From NCBI RefSeq assembly GCF_001644705.1, contig NZ_CP015137.1, positions 300,001 through 332,000 on the forward strand: 32,000 bases of DNA, written 5' to 3'. The notes under the pieces were generated by a model. The model did no database searches. It saw only the letters and a list, made by a program, of their open reading frames with translations, and was not told where the DNA came from. The DNA comes from Dickeya solani IPO 2222 (GTDB taxonomy: Bacteria > Pseudomonadota > Gammaproteobacteria > Enterobacterales > Enterobacteriaceae). A program made the position numbers and the translations under genes. Shown here piece after piece: positions 1-8,787 of this stretch; position 1 is the first letter of the stretch, and each line of letters opens with the position of its first letter.

Positions 1-1
1 G

Positions 2-172
2 GTGGAACAGCACCTTGGCCCTACCCTCAGCCTCCACGGCTGGCGTTTGTTGGCGGATAACCAGTTGCACCCGGGCGGATGTAAGGTCAGCGCCGAAGAA
101 GGGGATCTGGACGCCAGCATTGCCACGCGCTGGCATGAACTCTGCCGCCTGGCAGCACCGGGAGAACTCTGA
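2..172 (+). CDS. fliH: FliH, flagellar export ATPase regulator, C-terminal fragment (5' end lies outside the window)
   Basis: Reading from position 2 gives ...[40 protein letters not shown], which matches the conserved enterobacterial FliH C-terminus. The stop TGA at 170-172 shares its A with the fliI ATG (TGATG). Confidence 0.85.
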   Translation: MEQHLGPTLSLHGWRLLADNQLHPGGCKVSAEEGDLDASIATRWHELCRLAAPGEL

Positions 173-1542
173 TGACCGTGCGTCTTTCCCGTTGGCTCTC
201 TTCTATTGATGCGTTTGAAAAGCGTATCATCAATACGCCTGCGATACGCCGTTACGGACGGCTGACGCGTGCGACGGGATTGGTGCTTGAAGCAACCGGC
301 CTGCATATGCCGCTGGGTTCGACCTGCCTGATTGAACGTCAGACCGGCAATCAGGTCGACGAAGTAGAAAGCGAAGTCGTCGGTTTTAACGGCCAGAAAC
401 TGTTCCTGATGCCACTTGAAGAAGTCGAGGGGATCACCCCGGGAGCACGGGTCTATGAACGCGTCGGCCTTTCCGGCAGCAGCCAGGGTAAACAGCTACC
501 GCTGGGTCCGGCATTGCTCGGCCGCGTACTGGATGGCAGCGCCAGACCGCTGGATGGCTTTCCGGCGCCTGATACCGGCTACACCGCGCCACTAATGACC
601 GCGCCGTTCAACCCGCTCCAGCGTACGCCGATTGAACACGTTCTGGATGTCGGCGTGCGTGCCATCAACGCATTGCTGACGGTGGGCCGAGGTCAACGAA
701 TGGGGCTTTTCGCCGGTTCCGGTGTAGGTAAAAGTGTGCTGCTCGGAATGATGGCGCGCTATACTCAAGCCGATGTAATCGTAGTCGGTCTGATCGGGGA
801 GCGTGGGCGAGAAGTCAAAGACTTCATTGAAAACATTCTCGGCACAGAAGGGCTTGCCCGCTCTGTGGTGATCGCCGCCCCGGCGGATGTCTCTCCCCTG
901 CTGCGTATGCAGGGCGCGGCTTATGCTACGCGCATCGCAGAAGATTTCCGCGACCGTGGTCATCATGTATTGTTGATTATGGATTCGCTGACGCGTTATG
1001 CGATGGCTCAACGTGAAATCGCGCTGGCGATTGGCGAACCGCCGGCAACCAAAGGCTATCCGCCTTCGGTTTTTGCCAAATTACCCGCTCTGGTAGAGCG
1101 TGCAGGCAACGGTATTTCCGGTGGCGGTTCAATCACGGCATTTTATACAGTGTTGACCGAAGGCGACGACCAGCAGGACCCGATTGCCGATTCGGCCCGC
1201 GCTATTCTGGACGGCCATATTGTACTGTCCCGCCAGTTGGCAGAGTCCGGGCACTATCCGGCCATTGATATTGAAGCGTCTATCAGCCGTGCGATGACGT
1301 CGTTAATAGATGAAAACCATTATTCTGCGGTAAGACAATTCAAGCAGTCACTATCCAGCTATCAGCGCAATCGCGATCTGATTAATGTCGGCGCTTATGC
1401 CGCCGGTAGCGATCCGTTGCTTGATCGGGCAATACAGCTTTATCCGCAGATGCAACATTTTTTGCAGCAGGGAATGTTTGAGCGAAGCTCATTTGAGGAA
1501 GCCAGTCAGGCACTAGATAACATTTTCCCGTATAATCGGTAG
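172..1542 (+). CDS. fliI: FliI, flagellum-specific type III export ATPase
   Basis: 456-aa ORF with a Walker A motif (GSGVGKS) and a Walker B-like motif (LLIMDSLTR). It is collinear with E. coli FliI, which is about 457 aa. Confidence 0.97.
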   Translation: MTVRLSRWLSSIDAFEKRIINTPAIRRYGRLTRATGLVLEATGLHMPLGSTCLIERQTGNQVDEVESEVVGFNGQKLFLMPLEEVEGITPGARVYERVGLSGSSQGKQLPLGPALLGRVLDGSARPLDGFPAPDTGYTAPLMTAPFNPLQRTPIEHVLDVGVRAINALLTVGRGQRMGLFAGSGVGKSVLLGMMARYTQADVIVVGLIGERGREVKDFIENILGTEGLARSVVIAAPADVSPLLRMQGAAYATRIAEDFRDRGHHVLLIMDSLTRYAMAQREIALAIGEPPATKGYPPSVFAKLPALVERAGNGISGGGSITAFYTVLTEGDDQQDPIADSARAILDGHIVLSRQLAESGHYPAIDIEASISRAMTSLIDENHYSAVRQFKQSLSSYQRNRDLINVGAYAAGSDPLLDRAIQLYPQMQHFLQQGMFERSSFEEASQALDNIFPYNR

Positions 1543-1550
1543 GAGGGTGA

Positions 1551-1991
1551 ATGAGGACTCAGTCTACCTTCGTCATGCTGCGTGATTTGGCCCAAAAAGA
1601 GGTCGATACTGCGACAACGCATCTGGGTCAGGTACAAAAAGCCTATTTGCAGGCTGAACAGCAACTTAACGCTTTATTAGGTTACCATGATGATTATCGC
1701 CAGCGGCTCAATGATTCAATGTCCGAAGGCATGGCCAATACCTCCTGGCAAAATTATCAGCAATTTATTTTGACTCTGGAAAAAGCGATTGAACAGCACC
1801 AGCATCAGTTATTAAATTGGTCTTCTCGTTTGAATCAGGCGATGAAAGCCTGGCAGGAAAAGCAGCAGCGACTGAATGCATTTAGTACCTTGCAACAGCG
1901 TGAACAGACTAAAATGCTGGCGCATGAAAATCGCCTGGAACAAAAGCGGATGGATGAGTTCGCCCAACGCGCATCAATGAGGAAAACATAA
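1551..1991 (+). CDS. fliJ: FliJ, flagellar export stalk/chaperone-escort protein
   Basis: 146-aa coiled-coil protein ending ...RLEQKRMDEFAQRASMRKT, like E. coli FliJ. A GGAGGG ribosome-binding site lies upstream, and the gene sits between fliI and fliK. Confidence 0.93.
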   Translation: MRTQSTFVMLRDLAQKEVDTATTHLGQVQKAYLQAEQQLNALLGYHDDYRQRLNDSMSEGMANTSWQNYQQFILTLEKAIEQHQHQLLNWSSRLNQAMKAWQEKQQRLNAFSTLQQREQTKMLAHENRLEQKRMDEFAQRASMRKT

Positions 1992-1993
1992 TT

Positions 1994-3316
1994 ATGAACT
2001 TGCCAGCAATGACGATCACCACTACGACTGATGCAAGCACAACTGCGCCTCAGGGGAATTCCTTATTTGCGCTGCTGGGCAAAGACCAGCTACCGGAAAA
2101 TTTTGTTCAGTTGCTTTCGCAGAAACTGTCAACGGCACAGTCCGCCAAAAAGACCGTTATCAGTGATCAGGAAAGTGCCGAACTCAAAGATGCACTGGCA
2201 AAAGGCGGTATTGAAGCAAACAGTGACGAATTAAATGCCATTCTGAATGCCCTGACCAAAGGAACATTGACGCTGGCTGACGTGCAATCAGGCAATTCCC
2301 TTGACTCGCTGCTGGCCAAGGCCCAGAAGAAAGTCAGTGCAAAAGACGAAAAAACGGCTGATGCCGATGCGCTGGCTATGCAGGCGTTATTTGCCATGAT
2401 TCCGGCACAAACTACGGCGCAGACAAAAGCGGTAACTGAAGGCGCGGCGTCCAACTCGTCTTTATCCGATGCATTGGGTGAGCTGAAAAGCGGCAAGACC
2501 AGCAACAGCGTTTTGGGCTCGTTACTGGGTTCGGCGAAAGCCGGCGACTCATCGTCACAAGGTAATTTTACCCTGAATGGATCCGCAACGACGGACAGCA
2601 CGGCCGCGTCATCCTTGACTGCCGCGGGCACGTCTGCTGCGGCCAAAAACACCGGGTTGCAGGTAGAGGACCAATCCAAAGATAACCCTTTGCTGACATC
2701 CCGTAAGGAAGACAGCGCCAGTAATCCGATAGCCGCATCCGCGCCGGCCGATGCCAGCGCCAACTCGTCATTGCAAACGCTGTCGTCGCTGTTTGCCAGC
2801 AATGCCACGCCAACGCAACCCGCCGCCCAGCACGTAACCAGCCAAATCAACGCACCGCTGGGTACTCAGCAGTGGAATGATGCGCTGGGTCAGCAGGTCG
2901 TGATGTTTAACCGTAACGGGCAGCAGACCGCAGAACTGAAACTTCACCCGGAAGAATTGGGCTCACTGCATATCATGCTGAAAATCGAAGATAATCAGGC
3001 GCAAATTCACCTGGTTTCCGGTAATAGTCAGGTGCGATCCGCACTGGAGTCCGCACTCCCCCACCTGCGCAGCGCGATGGCCGAGAGCGGTATTAACCTG
3101 GGGCAGAGTAGCGTAGGGTCGGATGCCAGCAGTTGGCAGCAGTCGCAGCAGCAAGCGGCAAGCAACGCCAATGGTAACAGCGGCAACAACGCATCGTCTT
3201 ATCAGCAGCAATTCGGCCAATCCGAGCATACCACCGCCGAAGTTGAACCGCTGGCAGTACCGGCACAGCTGCAGTCAATGGCAACAGGTATTAATGGCGT
3301 CGATATCTTTGCCTAA
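1994..3316 (+). CDS. fliK: FliK, hook-length control (molecular ruler) protein
   Basis: 440 aa. The N-terminal and central region is low-complexity (S/T/A/Q-rich). The C-terminal switch domain is conserved (ELKLHPEELGSLHIMLKIEDNQAQIHLVSGNSQVRSALESALPHLRSAMAESGINLG). Position after fliJ fits. Confidence 0.92.
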   Translation: MNLPAMTITTTTDASTTAPQGNSLFALLGKDQLPENFVQLLSQKLSTAQSAKKTVISDQESAELKDALAKGGIEANSDELNAILNALTKGTLTLADVQSGNSLDSLLAKAQKKVSAKDEKTADADALAMQALFAMIPAQTTAQTKAVTEGAASNSSLSDALGELKSGKTSNSVLGSLLGSAKAGDSSSQGNFTLNGSATTDSTAASSLTAAGTSAAAKNTGLQVEDQSKDNPLLTSRKEDSASNPIAASAPADASANSSLQTLSSLFASNATPTQPAAQHVTSQINAPLGTQQWNDALGQQVVMFNRNGQQTAELKLHPEELGSLHIMLKIEDNQAQIHLVSGNSQVRSALESALPHLRSAMAESGINLGQSSVGSDASSWQQSQQQAASNANGNSGNNASSYQQQFGQSEHTTAEVEPLAVPAQLQSMATGINGVDIFA

Positions 3317-3358
3317 TGAAGAAGTTAACGCTTTTTTTATTGTTTATTCATTGTATTG

Positions 3359-3397
3359 AAGCGGTGAATAGGCGGGATAATCGTTATATCACGCATT
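3359..3397. promoter_or_regulatory. Candidate FlhD4C2 binding region of the fliL class-2 promoter (one strong half-site, one weak)
   Basis: CGTTATAT-CAC-GCATT at 3382-3397 is the inverted form of AATGC-N3-ATATAACG, a 12/13 match to the half-site consensus AAYGS-N2-3-AAATARCG. The partner arm at 3359-3373 (AAGCG-GT-GAATAGGC) is poor, with about 8/13 matches and an 8-nt spacer instead of 10-12. Confidence 0.3.
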
Positions 3398-3449
3398 TAT
3401 CTAATGACTGACTTTGCCATTGGATACTGATAAATAACAGGATATATCA

Positions 3450-3938
3450 TTGGCTACGTCTAATAAGAAAGCCCAGTCAGGTGGTAATAAGAGGTCCCTC
3501 TGGCTGATTCTCTTAATTGTTATCGCCCTGGCAGCCACTGCCGCAGCGGGTGCTGGCTGGTGGTTATTGAGTCATAAAAAAACCGAAACGCTGGCCAGCG
3601 AACCGCCTCCGCCGCCAGCGCCGGTATTCATGCCTTTGGATACATTCACCGTTAACCTGTTATCTCCGGATAACAGCCCGGATCGGGTGCTGTATGTGGG
3701 TATCACCCTGCGTCTGCCGGATGAAGCGACCCGTGCGCGCCTGACCAATTATCTGCCGGAAATTCGCAGTCGTTTGATTATGCTGTTTTCTCGTCAGAGC
3801 TCGTCTGTTCTGGCAACGGAACAAGGCAAGCAAAAACTGGTTGAAGATATCAAGCAGGTATTAAGCCCACCGCTGGTTCCTGGACAACCTAACCAGGTAG
3901 TCAGCGATGTCCTGTTCACTGCTTTCATTTTGCGGTAA
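3450..3938 (+). CDS. fliL: FliL, flagellar basal-body-associated membrane protein
   Basis: 162 aa with a single N-terminal transmembrane helix ([24 protein letters not shown]) and C-terminus ...VLFTAFILR, as in FliL. The start is TTG at 3450. An in-frame TAA at 3435-3437 and the absence of any ATG before the transmembrane helix force this start. AGGA lies 7 nt upstream. Confidence 0.9.
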   Translation: MATSNKKAQSGGNKRSLWLILLIVIALAATAAAGAGWWLLSHKKTETLASEPPPPPAPVFMPLDTFTVNLLSPDNSPDRVLYVGITLRLPDEATRARLTNYLPEIRSRLIMLFSRQSSSVLATEQGKQKLVEDIKQVLSPPLVPGQPNQVVSDVLFTAFILR

Positions 3939-3943
3939 TCACT

Positions 3944-4960
3944 ATGGGTGACAGCATTCTTTCACAGGCAGAGATTGACGCTCTGCTAAACGGTGACAGT
4001 GGCGATAGTAGCGCTGATGCCAGCAACGCTGCTTCGAAGAAAGACGGGGATGTCAAACCCTACGATCCCAATACACAACGACGCGTCATTCGTGAACGTC
4101 TGCAGGCGCTGGAGATCATCAACGAACGTTTCGCACGTCAGTTCCGCATGGGGCTGTTCAACCTGCTTCGTCGTAGTCCGGATATTACCGTCGGGGCCAT
4201 CAAGATTCAGCCGTATCATGAGTTTGCGCGTAACCTGCCAGTTCCGACCAACCTCAACCTGATACATCTGAAACCTCTGCGCGGCACTGCTCTGTTTGTG
4301 TTTTCCCCCAGCCTGGTCTTTATTGCGGTTGACAACCTGTTCGGCGGCGACGGTCGTTTCCCCACCAAGGTTGAAGGCCGTGAATTTACACATACCGAGC
4401 AGCGCGTTGTGCGCCGGATGCTTAAACTGGCGCTCGAATCCTACAGTGATGCCTGGAATGCGATTTACAAGCTAGATGTGGAATACGTGCGTTCGGAAAT
4501 GCAGGTAAAATTCACCAACATCACCACATCGCCGAACGATATCGTGGTGACAACCCCTTTCCATCTGGAAATCGGGACGCTGACCGGTGAATTCAGTATC
4601 TGTATTCCGTTCTCCATGATTGAGCCTTTACGCGAATTGCTGGCCAACCCGCCGCTAGAGAACTCGCAGCAGGAAGACCAGCACTGGCGTGAAACACTGG
4701 CAAAACAGGTACAGCACTCGGAGCTGGAGCTGGTTGCCAACTTTGTTGATATCCCGGTTCGACTGTCAAAGGTTTTGAAACTCAAACCCGGAGATATTTT
4801 GCCGATTGATAAACCTGAACGCCTGGTGGCTCATGTTGATGGTGTGCCGGTATTGACCTGTCAATACGGCACGTTAGATGGCCAATATGCCTTGCGTGTT
4901 GAACACTTGATTAACCCCATTTTAAATTCTCTGAATGACGAGGAACCGCTCAATGAGTGA
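3944..4960 (+). CDS. fliM: FliM, flagellar motor switch (C-ring) protein
   Basis: 338 aa. The N-terminal CheY-P binding motif (MGDSILSQAEIDALL) is present, and the protein is collinear with E. coli FliM (334 aa). Confidence 0.97.
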   Translation: MGDSILSQAEIDALLNGDSGDSSADASNAASKKDGDVKPYDPNTQRRVIRERLQALEIINERFARQFRMGLFNLLRRSPDITVGAIKIQPYHEFARNLPVPTNLNLIHLKPLRGTALFVFSPSLVFIAVDNLFGGDGRFPTKVEGREFTHTEQRVVRRMLKLALESYSDAWNAIYKLDVEYVRSEMQVKFTNITTSPNDIVVTTPFHLEIGTLTGEFSICIPFSMIEPLRELLANPPLENSQQEDQHWRETLAKQVQHSELELVANFVDIPVRLSKVLKLKPGDILPIDKPERLVAHVDGVPVLTCQYGTLDGQYALRVEHLINPILNSLNDEEPLNE

Positions 4961-5369
4961 CATCAAGAAACCGTCCGAAGAAACGGATTCCGTGGACGAT
5001 CTGTGGGCTGATGCATTTAACGAGCAGCAGTCGGCAGAAAAAAGCGCGCCGGGTAGTACCGAAGGTATCTTCAAGAACTTTGATGTGCAGGATACTCAGG
5101 GTTCAATGCAAGATATCGATCTGATTCTGGATATCCCGGTCAAACTGACGGTAGAACTCGGTCGCACCAAAATGACCATCAAAGAGTTGCTGCGCCTGTC
5201 GCAGGGCTCCGTGGTCGCACTGGATGGTCTGGCTGGTGAGCCGCTGGATATCATGATTAACGGGTATCTGATTGCTCAGGGTGAAGTCGTCGTCGTCTCT
5301 GACAAGTATGGCGTGCGTATTACCGATATTATTACACCGTCAGAACGTATGCGCAGGCTAGGCCGTTAA
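4953..5369 (+). CDS. fliN: FliN, flagellar motor switch (C-ring) protein
   Basis: The sequence MSDIKKPSEE... through ...GEVVVVSDKYGVRITDIITPSERMRRLGR aligns with E. coli FliN from its Met1. The ATG at 4953 overlaps the fliM stop (ATGAGTGA). The ORF-track start at 4935 would add 6 non-conserved residues. Confidence 0.93.
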   Translation: MSDIKKPSEETDSVDDLWADAFNEQQSAEKSAPGSTEGIFKNFDVQDTQGSMQDIDLILDIPVKLTVELGRTKMTIKELLRLSQGSVVALDGLAGEPLDIMINGYLIAQGEVVVVSDKYGVRITDIITPSERMRRLGR

Positions 5370-5785
5370 TGACGGGCACTGCACAACAGACAGTCTCTAC
5401 GATTCAGCAGCCGCCCGCGGCTGCTGAATCCGTTATTTCCGGCGGCGCGCTGTTGTCGCAAATCGGCACCGCCTTGTGCGGTGTGCTGTTGTTGATCTTG
5501 CTGGTCGCCTGGCTGCTACGAAGACTGGGCATCATGCCACAGGTCAAAAGCAGCAATGTTATGAAAGTGGTGTCGTCTTGCCCGGTCGGGCAACGCGAAC
5601 GTATCGTGATTGTCGAAGTCGATGATACCTGGCTTGTATTAGGGGTAACCGCCCAGCAGATCACCCATTTGCATACCCTGCCCGCGCGTCCCATTGGCAA
5701 CGCGACATCGGCAGAAAAAATTGCGCCAGCCGATTTTCTCCAGTTTCTCAAGAAAGCGACCACGCGTCCGGAAAAAACTGAATGA
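5369..5785 (+). CDS. fliO: FliO, flagellar export-gate assembly protein
   Basis: 138 aa with one transmembrane helix ([16 protein letters not shown]). It lies between fliN and fliP. The start shares one nt with the fliN stop (TAATG), and its end overlaps fliP by 4 nt (ATGA). Confidence 0.88.
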   Translation: MTGTAQQTVSTIQQPPAAAESVISGGALLSQIGTALCGVLLLILLVAWLLRRLGIMPQVKSSNVMKVVSSCPVGQRERIVIVEVDDTWLVLGVTAQQITHLHTLPARPIGNATSAEKIAPADFLQFLKKATTRPEKTE

Positions 5786-6558
5786 GTACCACCCTGCGTC
5801 CGACTTCATTCTCTGCATGGCTGCGTCTGCTACGTTATCCTGCGGCTTCCATTCTGTTCTTGATCGCGCCCCACGCACTGGCGCAACTGCCCGGCATTAT
5901 CAGTCAACCGCTGGCCAACGGCGGACAAAGCTGGTCACTGCCGATTCAGACGCTGGTTTTCATCACTTCGCTGAGCTTTATTCCGGCGGTATTGCTGATG
6001 ATGACCTGTTTTACCCGTATCATCATTGTCCTGAGTCTGCTGCGCAACGCATTGGGAACGCCAACCGCGCCGCCCAACCAGGTGCTACTGGGACTTAGCC
6101 TGTTTCTGACTTTTTTTGTGATGTCTCCAGTGCTGAACCGTATCTATGACGAAGCTTATCGCCCGTTCAGTGAAGATAAAATCAGTATGGAAGTGGCGAT
6201 CGAGAAAGGCTCGCAGCCGTTGCGCGAATTCATGCTCCGGCAAACCCGGGAAGCAGATTTAGCCTTGTTTACCCGTCTGGCGCAGATTCCTTCACTACAA
6301 GGCCCGGAAGCGGTTCCGATACGGGTTCTGGTGCCGGCTTATGTTACCAGCGAGCTGAAAACCGCCTTTCAAATCGGTTTTACGATTTTCATTCCTTTCC
6401 TGCTGATCGACCTGGTTGTCGCCAGTGTGCTGATGGCGCTGGGTATGATGATGGTTCCCCCGGCCACCATCTCGTTGCCATTCAAGCTGATGCTCTTCGT
6501 GCTGGTTGACGGGTGGCAATTGTTGCTGGGGTCGCTGGCCCAGAGTTTCTATACGTAG
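5782..6558 (+). CDS. fliP: FliP, flagellar type III export-gate protein
   Basis: 258 aa. From [11 protein letters not shown] onward it is near-identical in pattern to E. coli FliP ([28 protein letters not shown]...LAQSFY). Confidence 0.97.
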   Translation: MSTTLRPTSFSAWLRLLRYPAASILFLIAPHALAQLPGIISQPLANGGQSWSLPIQTLVFITSLSFIPAVLLMMTCFTRIIIVLSLLRNALGTPTAPPNQVLLGLSLFLTFFVMSPVLNRIYDEAYRPFSEDKISMEVAIEKGSQPLREFMLRQTREADLALFTRLAQIPSLQGPEAVPIRVLVPAYVTSELKTAFQIGFTIFIPFLLIDLVVASVLMALGMMMVPPATISLPFKLMLFVLVDGWQLLLGSLAQSFYT

Positions 6559-6601
6559 TCGGTGCGGTTACTGCTGTTCACCACATCAGAGGAATGCCTG
6601 T

Positions 6602-6871
6602 ATGACTCCTGAATCCGTCATGGCTTTAGGTTATGAAGCAATGAAAATAGCGCTGATGTTGGCAGGCCCTCCTCTTGTCGCTGCACTGGTCAGCGGCCTG
6701 ATTATCAGCCTGCTCCAGGCCGCCACGCAAATAAACGAAATGACCCTGTCATTCATTCCCAAAGTTTTGACAGTATTTTTTACGCTGGTGGTTGCTGGCC
6801 CCTGGATGCTCAGCGTCATTCTTGATTATATGCGCACGATGTTCAGCCAATTCCCCAACATGATTGGATAG
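6602..6871 (+). CDS. fliQ: FliQ, flagellar type III export-gate protein
   Basis: An 89-aa product, [23 protein letters not shown]..., the same length and start context as E. coli FliQ. The ORF-track start at 6506 overlaps the 3' end of fliP and is not conserved. Confidence 0.93.
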   Translation: MTPESVMALGYEAMKIALMLAGPPLVAALVSGLIISLLQAATQINEMTLSFIPKVLTVFFTLVVAGPWMLSVILDYMRTMFSQFPNMIG

Positions 6872-6873
6872 AC

Positions 6874-7656
6874 ATGGTCACCCTCAGCAGCATCGACATG
6901 ATCGGTTGGTTCAACCAGTTTTTCTGGCCATTGGTCAGGATCCTCGCGCTTATTAGTACCGCGCCGATCTTTAGCGAGCGTTCTATCACTCGTCGGGTAA
7001 AGATTGGACTGGGAGTACTGATCACCATTGTCATTGCACCAAGTATCCCCCACACCTCGATTCCAGTATTTTCCGCAGCCGGTATCTGGATGCTACTTCA
7101 GCAGGTGTTGATAGGCGTAATGCTGGGCCTCGCCATGCAACTGGCGTTTGCGGCTATTCGTCTGGCCGGTGAGATTATCGGCATGCAGATGGGGCTTTCG
7201 TTTGCCACTTTCTTTGACCCCATCGGCGGCCCTAACATGCCGGTGGTCGCCCGGTTCATGAACTTGCTGGCGTTGCTGCTTTTTTTGAGCATGAATGGGC
7301 ATCTATGGTTGATATCGCTGCTGGTTGACAGTTTTCACACCATCCCCATCAGTGCTGAGCCTATCAGTGGTAACGTATTTATGACCCTGGCCGAGGCTGG
7401 AGGAAGGATATTTTCTAACGGGCTGATGCTTGCCCTGCCGCTCGTCACACTACTGCTGACCATCAACATGGCGCTTGGCTTATTAAGCCGACTCGCGCCA
7501 CAGCTAACCATCTTTGCCATCGGCTTTCCCATCACCCTCTTCGCCGGGATCATCACCGTGGGCTTTCTGCTCTTCCTTCTCTCGCCTTATGCAGAAAAAC
7601 TGTTCGGCGAAACCTATGATTTATTGGCTGACTTACTGAACCGCTTTGCCGGATAA
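6874..7656 (+). CDS. fliR: FliR, flagellar type III export-gate protein
   Basis: 260-aa polytopic membrane protein. It is the last gene of the fliL operon, and its length and hydrophobic pattern match E. coli FliR (261 aa). Confidence 0.95.
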   Translation: MVTLSSIDMIGWFNQFFWPLVRILALISTAPIFSERSITRRVKIGLGVLITIVIAPSIPHTSIPVFSAAGIWMLLQQVLIGVMLGLAMQLAFAAIRLAGEIIGMQMGLSFATFFDPIGGPNMPVVARFMNLLALLLFLSMNGHLWLISLLVDSFHTIPISAEPISGNVFMTLAEAGGRIFSNGLMLALPLVTLLLTINMALGLLSRLAPQLTIFAIGFPITLFAGIITVGFLLFLLSPYAEKLFGETYDLLADLLNRFAG

Positions 7657-7675
7657 TCTCATTCGGTCAGTTTTT
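7648..7675 (+). terminator. Weak candidate intrinsic terminator for the fliL-R operon
   Basis: GCCGGAT (7648-7654) pairs with ATTCGGT (7661-7667) as a 7-bp stem that includes two G-U pairs, with a 6-nt loop. CAG and then TTTTT (7671-7675) follow. The structure overlaps the fliR stop codon. Confidence 0.3.
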
Positions 7676-7736
7676 CCTCTGCCTTGCACGGCGGTCGTAT
7701 CCCCAATTACCCGCATCGCATCGGAAAATACACCGC

Positions 7737-7772
7737 AAAAAAAAGCATGTCATCTTATGAAGGATGACATGC
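7737..7772 (-). terminator. Rho-independent terminator of flgKL (minus strand)
   Basis: A perfect 10-bp stem, GCATGTCATC (7745-7754) with GATGACATGC (7763-7772), encloses an 8-nt loop. On the minus strand it is followed by 8 consecutive T (A8 at 7737-7744 on plus). It lies 54 nt downstream of the flgL stop. Confidence 0.85.
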
Positions 7773-7825
7773 CAAAAAGAATACGCCCGGTTTAAGCGTA
7801 TCCAAATGCTGGTCGCTATTCCGTT

Positions 7826-8755
7826 TTATTTATTAAGCTGGAACAGCGAAAGGCTCTGCATATCACTAAATGCCTTGTATGACGCCTGCAGAGACTGTTG
7901 TTGCATCATATACGTGGAGATAGTCGCAACCATATCGATATCAACCAGGTCGCTCAATGTCTGTTTGTTCGCTGTAGTACGATCGGTACCAATGCTATCC
8001 AGGGTATCGATCTCCTGCAGTTGAACACCCAGAGTTGCCTGAGCAGAAGACACGTTAGTCAGCGCGTTCTTGAGGCCCTGACTGGCCACGTTGATAGAGG
8101 CGGTATTGGCATCTTTAACTGCGGTGGTGGCGCCTTCCAGCGGGGTTTCCAGCGCGCTAATCGCGCTATCCAGCGCACCGAAGATATCCGCGGTGCCGCC
8201 TGCGTTGTTAAATACGTCGGAGCCGATATGCCCGACCGTCATCACACGGTCAGCATCCACCTGCTGGGAAATAGCCTGATTGCCACCCACATAGCTAACG
8301 GTACCAGATGCATTGGTAGTAAACGGCTGAGAATCGGTCTTGTAGCCACTGAAAACATAACTGCCATTGCCATCCGTGCTGTTTGCCAGATTAAGCAATT
8401 GAGATTTCAGGCCGCGCAGAGACGTTGCGATAAGCTGGCGATCGTTATCATTCTTTGTACCGTCAGCGCTTAATAGCGTCGTACTGGCCGTGGTCAATGC
8501 GGTCGCTACGTTGGTCAGCACAGACAATTCACTATTCATACCGTTTTCGGCAAAAGTACGCGCCAGCGTATATTGCTCGTTCTGAGCCTGCGCCTGGTTG
8601 ACCATAACCGCCTTGGATGCCGCTATCGGGTCATCAGAAGGGGTAAGCACACGGGTATTGCTGGCAAGCTGCTGACCCGTTTTGCTGAAGGCTGATAATC
8701 CATCTGTGACGCCTTGCATACTCTGCTGAAAAATAATACTGGTACTCAGTCGCAT
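7826..8755 (-). CDS. flgL: FlgL, hook-filament junction protein 3 (HAP3)
   Basis: 309 aa with a flagellin-like N-terminus (MRLSTSIIFQQSMQGV) and C-terminus (...SYKAFSDMQSLSLFQLNK). It follows flgK. Confidence 0.95.
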   Translation of the reverse strand: MRLSTSIIFQQSMQGVTDGLSAFSKTGQQLASNTRVLTPSDDPIAASKAVMVNQAQAQNEQYTLARTFAENGMNSELSVLTNVATALTTASTTLLSADGTKNDNDRQLIATSLRGLKSQLLNLANSTDGNGSYVFSGYKTDSQPFTTNASGTVSYVGGNQAISQQVDADRVMTVGHIGSDVFNNAGGTADIFGALDSAISALETPLEGATTAVKDANTASINVASQGLKNALTNVSSAQATLGVQLQEIDTLDSIGTDRTTANKQTLSDLVDIDMVATISTYMMQQQSLQASYKAFSDMQSLSLFQLNK

Positions 8756-8787
8756 AACTTATTCCTTACTGTTTTACCGTCACAAAT

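Noticed and set aside
15-209. 64-aa ORF on the plus strand at the left edge of the window
   Set aside because: It is in the wrong frame. A different frame across the same bases gives a clean FliH C-terminus that ends exactly at the fliI start, and this ORF has no family resemblance.
592-1011. 139-aa ORF antisense to fliI. The same pattern recurs as long antisense ORFs inside fliK (2167-2850), flgL (7898-8473), flgI (12408-12884), flgF (14767-15345), flhA (21696-22409), flhB (22796-23398), the MCP gene (27780-28358) and cheA (30044-30691, 30899-31321).
   Set aside because: These are shadow ORFs on the strand opposite highly conserved genes. Their compositions are skewed (R/H/Q/C-rich or low complexity), they lack ribosome-binding sites, and they resemble no family. 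They are the usual consequence of codon bias in moderately GC-rich genes.
4935-4952. Upstream start codons in the ORF track that extend the N-terminus of fliN (4935), fliQ (6506), flgJ (11817), flgI (12992), flgA (18305 TTG), the MCP gene (29255 TTG), cheW (29861 GTG) and cheA (31930 GTG)
   Set aside because: The extensions overlap the preceding gene or add residues absent from E. coli orthologs. Downstream starts have better ribosome-binding sites and align at ortholog Met1.
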